Shown here piece by piece: positions 34,498-44,739 of a stretch of DNA of 44,739 nt; position 1 is the stretch's first letter, and each line of letters starts with the position of its first letter. Origin of the DNA: Chara braunii (Eukaryota; Plantae; Charophyceae); assembly GCA_003427395.1 (NCBI GenBank), contig BFEA01000008.1, forward strand, positions 3,528,740 to 3,573,478, in the 5' to 3' direction. The position numbers and the translations under genes were made by a program. Under the pieces are notes generated by a model that did not search any database, was not told the DNA's origin, and was given only the letters and a program-made list of their open reading frames with translations.

Positions 34498-34779
34498 ACC
34501 GCAATGATGATGCAGCGGTTAAGTTACAGTAAGGTAACCTTTCCCAGTCATTTGGCCAAGTCGCAGCGGTTAAAGTTCCGTTAAACCACGAGTACTTCCA
34601 AGCCACAATTTTAGGAAACGTACAGGACACTAGAAACATTTCTACTCTTTATTTTTTCCACCCGGTTGGCGGAGAACTGGGCCAAGTACTGGTGGTTTAA
34701 CCTGGAGACGGCCAGATACGCGGCCAAAACTCACCGTGCAGGGGCCGCGGCCTATACCTGGGAAGGTACTACTGGCGGT
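34498..34779. mobile_element. Older TTAA-flanked MITE containing a nested relative
   Basis: TTAA-ACCGCA...TGGCGGT-TTAA. Confidence 0.55.
34585..34696. mobile_element. TTAA-flanked MITE (112 bp)
   Basis: TTAA-ACCACGAGTACTT...AAGTACTGGTGGT-TTAA. Confidence 0.82.
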
Positions 34780-34985
34780 TTAACCAGGGGTAGCCAGGTG
34801 GAAGATAACAGAAAAGAGGTCACAGGGCGGTCCGGGGCATGTTGGAGGCAGAGAAGCAAAAGGATGCTCTAGTTCCTGGGCAGTGGCCTTTTGCTTTTCT
34901 GGGTCCTTCTCAAAACAACTATTGCCCAACCATGGATGATATTAGCACAGGCAGGCTACCGTATGACCAGAGACTGGGGCCTTAA

Positions 34986-35138
34986 ACCACCAGTACTTCC
35001 TAAAGTCGTGCCCGCGCCACTATTTTAGGAAACGTACGGGCCACTACATGACCGCCCAAATTCATCCAACTAGAAAGGTTTCTACTTTATTTTTCCCCGC
35101 GGCCGATAACTGGACCAACCCGGCCAAGTACTGGTGGT
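34986..35138. mobile_element. TTAA-flanked MITE (153 bp)
   Basis: TTAA-ACCACCAGTACTT...AAGTACTGGTGGT-TTAA, with the internal TTTTAGGAAACGTAC shared with the 34585 copy. Confidence 0.85.
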
Positions 35139-35876
35139 TTAACGACCCAAAAGCAGCAGTCTGGCAGGCCACCTTGATGCACCCATGCCTTACCTCAGCA
35201 AACAGCTGCACGCCCGCAAGTAGCAAGTTACTAGCAACCAATTCACAAGTCCTGGTCCTACGGTACACACTGAGTCAGACCTGTTTCCCTCAGACCAGTT
35301 CCCCAGACAGGATAGAGGTACCTGGCACATGTTGGAATTCAGTGAAAGAGAACCTCTAGTACATCAGTAGCGTCACAGGCAGCTCAGGCAATATCTTCAA
35401 CTGACATTTCGTTAAAACTTAAAACGGACAGTTTTTTGAAAAAATAATGAATTTGAATTCAGTGAACAATTGATTATATTGTTTTCCTGTTACATCACGA
35501 CATCCATTTAGTATCGAGTGAGCGTAGACACTAATTAGTACTCAATACGAAACAGACGGCGGTAATTTTACACAAAACATCTATGCAATGAACCCAGACT
35601 GGAAGATACTCACCAGACGCCGAAGTACAAGTAGTCTCAGATCTACACGAAGTCTCCAGTTAATGTGAAGTGATATCTGATACAATATCTCGTTACCAAT
35701 AGACGAAGCGAGTGGAGGGGAAATAGACACAGGAGAGGGTGGAAGAGATGATCAGTGACCACACAAAAAGTAGCCCAAGCATTTCCCACTTCTTCTCTGG
35801 GCTTCCCCTCGCCTCCATGTCATCAAACAATATACAGTAACAAGTCTGATAAGTTCTGATAACATAGGAGTGCCAC

Positions 35877-37700
35877 GTGGCACTATCATCTCGTGGAGAC
35901 AATGAAGACAACAGCAGTCCACGGTATCGACGTCAACTTCAGGTGAGTACCAAATCCCAATCATCCACAGATCCAGATCTCCCTCCTTATCGCAAGCAGT
36001 CACCTCATGAAGGCAGTGTGGCCGTAGAGTTGGGTGGCCTGCCCAGAGAGGTAAGTTGGCATCAGATGTGCCACCGCCTGCTACCAATAGTAGCATTGAG
36101 ATTCCAACCTCCAAATGACCCACATCAATCAACAGTGGAAAACAGACAAAAATCAGCTATAGGAACGGAAGAGTCCATTCCTAAGAACGGCAGGCCTGCT
36201 GCAGAGGGGGAAGCCTCTACTTCCAGTCCCACAGTTCAAGGGAGGGAACAGTCCCTTTCTCCACAAGGGAATCGCACAACACATGGGAATGAACAGGCAA
36301 GTGTCCAAGAGAGGGAACAGACCCCTTCGCCACAAGAGAATCTCACAATCCAGGGGAGGGAACAGGCAGGTGCCAATCAACAGGCCCTTCAAGAGGGTAA
36401 AGCCCCAAAACAGAAGGTCTTGCTCCCCCACACACAATCAGGAAACGAACAGGAACCACGCAGGGATGCATGTGCCAATGTAAACTCCCTGTTGATTTCA
36501 CACAGCATCACAGGATCGGTTAATAGTGAAATGATACATGATTCACTGACTGGTAATAAGGAGGCAAACGGCGCCGTACGGACCAGCAGCAAGGAAGGAA
36601 TATGTGGAAATTCTAAAAAAGGAATCCAGTTGGAGCAGAAGGAAAAGAAAACAAGGGACGAGGATGACGAAATAGACAACGAGAGAGAGAAGAACGAGAA
36701 GAGGGACAAAGGGGAGGAAGGTAAGACGGACTGCACATCGGCAGAAGAGGATGGACCCCCTCGCTTTCCACCACAAAAACAAGTAAAATACCATCTCAAA
36801 CAGATGGTATCTGAATTAACTGGAGAACAAAAATATATCCTACTAACTAAAGAACTGCAGGACCCGGATGATTTGTTGTCAGTGGAAACCTCCCCAGACC
36901 TAGTGCAACAGCAAGGGGGGGATCCACATCCCCTAACAAGGTAACTACGGTACTGGCGGAGGAGGAGTTAAATGGTAACAAACCTCATCAGATTATGGGA
37001 ATAGAGGAAAAACAAGCTTCTCCCTCTCCTAAAATGGAGATGAGTTCAATTGAGAAGGAGTAGTTACCATGCTCCCAGCCCCTTTCCTCCCTACCTCAGG
37101 TATTGCAGATACAGTGCTCCCTGCCCCGCCCCCCCCTACCCTCTGTTTGCACACCAGAACGTGCTCTGATTAGCAGGAGACAAAAGATACGTTTGCTAGT
37201 AGTAGGGGGACACGCGGAGTTAGCCCTGTCCAAAGCAGGGGTGCTGATCTTGCCAGTGAGATTAAAAGAAGGTATTTGGGAGATAGGCCTGTCGGAACCA
37301 GCAGGTGCAGCGCATGGAGAGGTGACTATGCACGGTGCCCCGGCGTCACAACTCTCCACCTTCATGGCGGGGGAGACCAGATTCAAGGCGGAGATTGCAA
37401 AAATCATCCAAGATCAACTTCCCTATGGAGGATCAGCTGTGCTGATTCTATCGACTGACACAGAGAATTTCAGCCAGGGACGTTTTTCTCAAGTACGAGC
37501 TTACAAGAGACATTAACCTGCGCTGGTTCACTCATGACATGTTGGTTGACTTACAACAACTTAAGGTAAAGGCGGGGGATTTCTGGTCAGAGTTAGACAT
37601 CACAATTGTATTCTCACGCCTTCTCAAAAATAGTCAAAATTTACTACAAAAAGGCGGAAAGCTGGACAGTGGTAACTGGTTGTCCCTCTAAAAAAAAATA
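35877..37700 (+). pseudogene. Putative LINE-E ORF1 remnant
   Basis: ORFs 35877-36944 (low complexity, QGREQ repeats) and 37103-37516 lie directly upstream of ORF2 on the same strand. No RRM or knuckle recognised. Confidence 0.5.
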
Positions 37701-37735
37701 TATATATATACTAAAAAAAAATCCCCAAGATAGTA

Positions 37736-40700
37736 ATGGATGGTACAAAGTTGTTAGAGGTGCTGTACTACAGGGACAAAAATTGGAAGGGCCTTAAAAG
37801 AACAACCGACTTGGAACTCAGGTCACTTAATGTAAATGGTTTAGCTTCAACCAAACAAACTAAAAGACAAGCAATATATGAACAGTTGAAAGGTATTGGG
37901 GGAAAGGAATGGCCTGATGCTATCTTTGTGCAAGAAACCCACTTGATGGATAACGCTGATCACAATCATATCCATAAACAGATCTGGCCACATCAGGCCT
38001 TTAGGGCACATGCCCCGAAACCAGGTAGTGCAGGGGTAGCAATCTGGCTCCCTCCTGACACAAAAATTGATCCCCTCTACTGGGAGGTAGACAAGGAGGA
38101 AGGACGATGGACTTTTCTTCAGGCCATGCTGGAAATAGAGGTGGTGACTATTTTGTGTGTGAATGTGCCTAATGAGGTCAGTGAAAGGGTTTGTTTTTTT
38201 GAATCTTTAAAGGGTCGGCTACCGGTGGTATCCCTGTGCTGATGGCAGGGGATTTCAATGCAGCCCCAGACAGACATTTGGATCGCTGGCAGATTCCATC
38301 CCCCTGTCCATCATATATAGAGAAGGACGAGGAAATTATAGAAAGAACATGTCAATCCCTCAACCTCTTCGATGCCTACAGACGACTCTCCCCTACGAAA
38401 CGCACTTACACATGCTTTCGGAAAAGTCAAACAATGAAAGCATCAAAATCACGCATAGACCTTATTTTATTATCAGAGGAACTGGAGGGTGCCCTCCAAG
38501 TAGCTGGGATCTTCCCTCGCAGTGTCTTCCCAGGTCTGGATCATGCTATGACGGTTGTTTTGTTGTCCTTCAGGAAGAAGCCAGACCAAGGAGGAGGCTT
38601 CTATAAACTTAATACCTCCTTGTTGCACACTAACAACTTCAAAGTGTATCTTCAAGATGTCTGGTCTTTCTAGAGGGAACATAAAAATCAGATTAAGGAT
38701 GATATACGCTGGTTCTACAACGAACTAATATTTTTAGGCCGTAAATGCAGCGAATATTGAAAATTGTTGGCAATCCAGCAAAATACGGAAGAAATTGATT
38801 TACAAGAAAAACTTCTACAACTACAGCAACAAGAAGATGAGGTGACTAGTGAAGATCAGAAAATAGAAATTACTCATAAAATCAGCTCACTCAAAAATAA
38901 ATTACTATCATTTATGGAACATAGATGGCAAGGGATCAGAATAAGAGGAAAATTAAAAAGTCACAACACAGAAGGAGTCATGGATGCAAGGTTCTTCGCC
39001 ACAGCAAAGGTAAGAACGAGACGTACAATAATCGAGGCTTTCTTTGACCCAAATGGAGATGAACTCCCTCTACTCACCTCTACGGCAGAATGCACAAAAG
39101 TTGCAAGGGATTTTTATAAGTCCCTCTTCACATCGGAATGCAAACAACCGAAGGATCAAAGAATCACAGAAATAGAGAAATTCCTCAAACCTCTGACCAA
39201 AACCCTGACAGATCAGCAGAAGGCAAGGCTAGAGACCCCCCTCACAAAAGATGAAATCTGGACAGCCTTGATGATGATGCAAGAAGAAAAAACTCCAGGG
39301 ATTGATGGCTTACCAAAAGAATTCTGGGAAGTAATGTGGGATTTTCTGGCCCAAGACTTGATGGATTTCTATCACGCAGTCTGGGACACTGAAACTATGA
39401 GAAAGATAGTAGGACAAAGAATTTTGACCCTATTATACAAAAAGGGAGATAAAGTTAATATCCGAAATTACCGTCCTATTACCCTCCTCACAGTAGTCTA
39501 TAAGTTGGCAGCAAAAGTGCTAGCCAACCGGATGATGAAAGTCATCAGGGAGATCATCCACCCCACTCAAACTGACTTTATTGAAGGAAGAAACATCCAG
39601 GACAACATCCTTCTAGTAAATGAACTAATCAAACTTTCAAGGCAATCAAAACACAATGCGGCTTTCATTTTCATAGATTTCGAAAAAGCCTATGATCACG
39701 TAGATTGGTTTTTTCTGGAAAAATGTCTGGAAAAGTTTAATTTTTGTCCAAACTTTCGTAAATGGATTGAGATTCTTCACTCTAATGCAACCACGAGGGT
39801 GATGATAAATGGGAACCTAGCCCTCCCCATTGAACTGGAGAGATCAGTGAGACAAGGAGATCCGATCGCCCCTTTCTTATTTGTCATAATAATGGAAGCC
39901 CTTTCAGCTAACTTGAGATGCCACAAAGACATCAGGCGAATCCAGGTCAGCTACATGCCCAAAGAAGCCATACCTGTGTGCTCCCTATTTGCAGTTGACC
40001 TCTCACTGATGGTTGATGCCTCCCAGGAAAATTTAAAGGAAATCAAGGAACTAATGGATAAGTTTTGTGCTCTCTCAGACATGAGAATTAATTGGGGAAC
40101 CAAAACACTAGGCTGGTGGGTACATCACCAGAGAGTGAGACTGCCGGAACATCCGAAGATTAACTGGGTCTCAACAGAAAAATCCATTAGAGTACTGGGG
40201 ATTTCACTTTCAAGCAATGCGTAAGCCAACTGAGATCAATAAATGGAGATGTAAACCGGCTCTATCAAAATTGGAATTATGGAAAGACAAAAGGACCTCT
40301 ATTATAGGGCGGTCTTTGGTCATTAACAATGTCATACTGGCCTCACTCTAGTATAAATCAGCAGTATGGGCACTAGAAAAATCTGCACTTAAATCCCTAC
40401 AAAGGCAAATTACAGCATATCTGTGGAGGGGAAACCATGATCATAAGAATGTATTAAGCAGAGTAGCATTGCAAGCGATAATCCAACCCAAAGCAAAAGG
40501 AGGGCTGGGGATACTAGACCCATCTACCCAAGCCACGACCCTTTCTGTTCAGTGGATTAAAATATTTCTTTTCAATCCAGAGACACCTTGGTCAACACTA
40601 GCAGAAGAGCAAATCGCAAGACTAGCCCCTGAAGTACCGGCTGCAATAGATCCGTTGATGTGGTTAGAGAATCGTCATTGGCCTATCCCCAGAGGAAGTA

Positions 40701-42346
40701 CACAATCCAATGGACAAACAGCGAAGTCCCATAGACAAGCCACAAGAACGGATATAAAAAACGATCCTTTCTGGACAGATCTCCTCAAGACTTGGCGCAA
40801 ACTGCCCCTACCAGACAAAACTGCCCCGAACAGATGGGAGGAAGTCTGGCAACAACCTTTGTTCAACAACAGATGGATCACCGATATACAGGGGAGGACC
40901 TTCCACTGTACAGACTCACCTTGGAAAGATTGGGTAAGGAATGGGGTTCTAAGGGTAGGGGATATATGGTGTTCAGAAGAAAGGGAATGGATCCACCTCA
41001 CTAGCCTCCTACCAAAGCTGAAATACTGCAGAGGAACAGAAAGGGCTTTAGAAACAATCACTGAAACAATGTCGATAGCCTGGCTAAGGATCCTCAGAAA
41101 AGGGCCCCAACTCAAGGAAGGTGATTGGGTGGGGATACAGGGGAACTCACAGCAGGTAGGAAGCATGATAATGCAAGATGGAGGAGGTTCAGTTTTAATC
41201 TCTATTCTATCAATCAATCAGAATTATCAAACAAAGGAAAATCCTTGAAATGAAACCAAATGGGTTGCAATAGAATAAATATTCAGGATCAGAGTTTTGA
41301 AACACAAGGACCACAATTTAGCTTTCAAACCTCAATGTCCAATCAACAAACTGGCAATGGATCCAATATATTGGACATGGACAACGCCAATGAGGAACAA
41401 CAGAAATTGCAAGCGCTCCCTACACTCACTAACAGTCAAATCTACATACAGGATGTTAAGACCCAGGATAAATCTGAGAGACAGGGTGGAGAACAGGTGG
41501 ATGAAACAACTGAACGTGAGCAAGGAGGATTTGAGGAGAATGAAATGGTTTAAGACCATCAAGATTAGACCAACAAAGATTGCTTTTCTACGATGGCAGA
41601 TTGATCACCGCTGTCTGCCCACAAATGACTGGCTAATGGACAGAACATCTTTGGAAAAAAGAGGCCTTGCTCACCCTTGGTGCAAATTGTGTACCTCAGC
41701 ATTCCCAAGCAGATGCATCCCAGAAACCATTGAGCACATATTCTTACAATGTCCAGGTGCTGTTTGGATGTGGCGCTGGTGGGATAGGATTTGGTCTACC
41801 CTTATCACCCAGCAGTCATGGCCATGGGACTGGAGAGCACTGCTATGTGAGACCTGGACCCCGGATCAGCTAGAGAATTTCTCTCAAAATCTCTTTAAAA
41901 CAGGAAGAAGGGCCATAATTTTGGCCCTCTGGAATCGTCGCTGCACTTTTGAAATGGAAGGAGCTAGGATTGATGGCCCAGAGTTAACAGAAGCAATCAA
42001 ACTACAAGTGCAGACAGACATCACAATCCAATGGAACAAAATAAAGGATAAAATTCAATTCTTATCATCCAGAAAGGAAATCCTACAGCACATCCATCAA
42101 TTCAGTGGCGCTTGGTTAGGGGGGTCCCAAGGAGGAAAAATCAGACAGATTCGAGAAGGTGAGGAAAGGAGAGGAAACAAGAAAGGGCAAAATGAGGAAC
42201 TCCCCAGAGATTTTCGGCTGGTGTTTCATGACTGGACCACTATAGATCCTTCTATCCCGTTGCGTCCCCCATTGGAATTCCCAGACCCATTCCCCCCCTC
42301 AGCTCTTTCACTGGTTCCCTTGAGTTGGTATGGGGATGATGGATAG
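37736..42346 (+). pseudogene. LINE-E ORF2: APE, RT, zinc finger; disrupted
   Basis: SLNVNGL, FVQETH, AGDFN, SRIDL, LDH; KTPGIDG, NYRPITLL, IDFEKAYD, VRQGDPIAPFLF, LFAVD; CKLC..ETIEHIFLQC. Confidence 0.95.
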
Positions 42347-42697
42347 GAAAATGGCTGACTGGGTTCTGTTCCTTCTCAATGGTCTTTTTAGGACGGCTTC
42401 TTTGGATTGCTGCAGATGGCTACAACTAAGTGCTTCTGCATATGGTCCTCGAAAAGCAAGTATTAAGGTCATCCTTTTTTTCCAATTTGGGTCATTCAGA
42501 TCAGTGCTGGTTCCCTTGAGTTGGTATGGGGATGATGGATAGGATAATAGCTGACTGGGTTCTGTTCCTTCTAAATGGTTTTTTAAGGACGGTTTCTTTG
42601 GATTGCTGCAGGTGGCTATATCTAAGTGCTTCTGCATATGGTTCTCATAAAGCAAGTATCACGGTCATCCTTTTCTTCCAAATTTGGTCATTCAGAT
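42311..42697 (+). repeat. 196-bp tandem duplication at LINE-E ORF2 end / 3' UTR
   Basis: CTGGTTCCCTTGAGTTGGTATGGGGATGATGGATAGG.. begins at both 42311 and 42507. Confidence 0.95.
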
Positions 42698-42978
42698 AGT
42701 ACCAGTACTGATTAGAGATATCCGATGCCACTCAGATGAGGGTGAAGAGGTACAAGGGATGCTGGGGCCTTTTCCCAGTAATCGTGATCAACAATTGCTC
42801 AGAATTATATGTCAAGGGACGCTGGACCCGTTTTTCAGCAAGTGTCGCTCCCCACCAATAGATGGAGCCCTCAGTGAAGCTGTTAGGAGTGTATGCTCTT
42901 ATCATCACTCCTAACACCAGTCATGGGGAATTTTATTAAAAAGAAAAAAAAGAAAAGAAAAAAGGAGTTAGTTGGCCT

Positions 42979-43085
42979 GCGCCACATCAACAATGAAGAC
43001 AGGTGGCCTTTGCCACATCAGCAATGTAGACAGGTGGCATGCGCCACATCAGCAAAAGAGATAAGTGGCACGCGCCACCTCAGCA
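42979..43085 (+). repeat. ~31-bp tandem repeat, about 3.5 units
   Basis: GCCACATCAGCAA..GACAGGTGGC units. Confidence 0.8.
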
Positions 43086-43989
43086 TAGGCTGGCGCTCAG
43101 CAGAGAAGGCGCCAGCATGCTGCCACAGTCCCACGTCGTCGTCCACAGTACCAGTGCACAGGCAGTGTCAAGCCAAAGTCCAGCCAGCGTCCAGATAGAG
43201 TCAAGCCAGTGTCGAGGCAGCATTGCAAGACTGAATGTTCACCTCCTGGAGACCAAGCCTTATTTAGTGTTCGACGAGGCAGTCTGGCCTCTGGTCTCCT
43301 TCTCACAGTCGTACAGATTGACTCACACCCGAGGGCCTGGATTGAATACAGTTGCAGACTTCCCTTTGGTCCTGATGCTGTCTGGGTACCTGCATACAAA
43401 CAAGTGTGTGCGTCTGACGGGCGTCCTGGGCTGGGTACACTTTGACTTTGACTGTTGGGCGTCAGACAGTTGACTTTGGTAAACTATCACTCGCTCAGGC
43501 CCTGAAACCTTTGGTTGGGGTCCTTTCCCCCTCTTCGTCCTGGGTCTGGGTGTGGCCTGGCAAGGCCCTTAGGCTTTCCAGGAGTTATACTGCATGGGTT
43601 ATTGCCAGATGTCAGAGAAAGCTTCTCTACAGCTCCTCCTTCGGAAGCTTGCTGAATCCCCTTGAATCCCAGCCTGCCACTCTCAGACTGATGCTTTCAA
43701 GTTTCAACGCTCCTCGCCTGCGCTGTCTCCTCCTCCTCGGAATTTGGTGAGTGGGCGTGAGGTCGGGATGGATTTATGCTTGCCTTACCCTCAGGCCCGT
43801 TAGGCCCATTTGTCTTTTTCCATCTTGCATTCACAAGCACGTCCATGCTACAGTGCTGTGTGGCTAAAGGGGGGAAAACTGTCCAGAGGACGCTGTGGAA
43901 TTTCTTCTTAAAACTGTTTAATTTTTCAGCTGCCTTTATACAGTTGTGTGGCGTGCCCCTAAGAGAAACTGGCTTTTATTTGTGTATCT

Positions 43990-44161
43990 TGCGAGGGAAG
44001 CGGGGCCCGGTTTCCAGCAGGTGCAGCTCCCCACCACACAGAAGCTTCTATCGTGCCGCAGGCTGCCGGTTCTCTTACCACTACGAGATGGCAAACCTTT
44101 GCAGGATGTAGGGAAAAAAAAACAAAAAACGGAAAAAAAAAGAAGAAGGAAAAAAAAAAGA
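43990..44161 (+). mobile_element. Retroelement 3' tail with A-rich end
   Basis: Tail motif variant GGGAAGCGGGGCCCGGTTTCCAGC at 43995-44018, A-runs at 44114-44159. Confidence 0.5.
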
Positions 44162-44739
44162 GGAGAACTGAAGGTTACCTTCCTGAATGTATCAGGGGGC
44201 AATTACAGCAATAATGTACGGGAAAAGTCATAAAACCTTCCCACGACGAAACCGAAACCTTTGTATCCATTTCCCCCCAAAAGGCGAAAAAGGTGCCGCA
44301 GGCCCCACAATCACTTTCCGCATGGTTTTTGCACCCTGCAAAACACTTTCCCACCATTTTTACACAGCAGCCATTACCGGCCAAGCCAGGGTGTAAATTT
44401 GCAAAATAACACCAAAAGCAGTGCCGTGCCCCGTTCACGGTTCACGGGGTCTGTGAACGGAAACCGGTCATAGAGTTCATGGAGTTCACGGAGAGCGGGA
44501 TCGGTTTCTTTTTTTTTTTTTTTTTGGCTGAGGGGGGTGTTTTTGTTTTTATAGGAGGGTGGGTGTTATCAGAGGGTAACCCCCATAATTTTTTCAAATT
44601 TGTTTTTTACGAATAAAATATTTTTTTAATTAAAAACGAAAAAAAGAAAATACAACCAGCCAAAATAAGCATTTTTGTTTGTTCTTTTGTAGGTCATTTC
44701 GATTTTTTTAATGTTTTTTTAATGGCATCACCCTGCGGG

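Larger units (their letters stand above)
35877..42963 (+). mobile_element. LINE-E: L1/Tx1-type retrotransposon, degenerate, with 3' UTR and A-tail
   Basis: Low-complexity ORF1-like region, complete ORF2 motifs, A-rich tail at 42938-42963. The 5' boundary is uncertain. Confidence 0.9.

Noticed and set aside
37055-37065. AAGGAGTAGTT as a TSD for LINE-E (vs AAGGAGTTAGTT at 42962)
   Set aside because: Short, needs an indel, and ORF1-like sequence continues upstream.
42979-43085. CRISPR-like array
   Set aside because: The units are contiguous tandem repeats with similar rather than unique spacers; no cas genes; eukaryotic context.

Overview
Repeat-dense eukaryotic DNA with four assembly gaps (1458-1664, 9710-10538, 17374-18028, 32322-32801) and no intact host gene. 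A plant-type U6 sequence, a trihelix/Myb pseudogene and the LINE content suggest a streptophyte such as a charophyte alga; this is inference only. About two thirds of the window is five degenerate L1/Tx1-type LINEs (ORF1 plus APE-RT-zinc finger ORF2), one of them full length with a target-site duplication (TSD). The rest holds tRNA-derived SINEs, isolated LINE 3' tails, PIF/Harbinger-like palindromic MITEs with 3-bp TSDs, TTAA-flanked MITEs, microsatellites and two U6 snRNA-derived segments. The most interesting signals are: (i) two different hammerhead ribozyme motifs, one inside a small, variably 5'-truncated element found three times in (TA)n tracts; (ii) a conserved globular domain at the C-terminus of LINE ORF1 that resembles a degenerate Nudix fold; (iii) an L-x-DD RT motif shared by two LINEs; (iv) a U6 copy next to a long hairpin and a divergent A-box.
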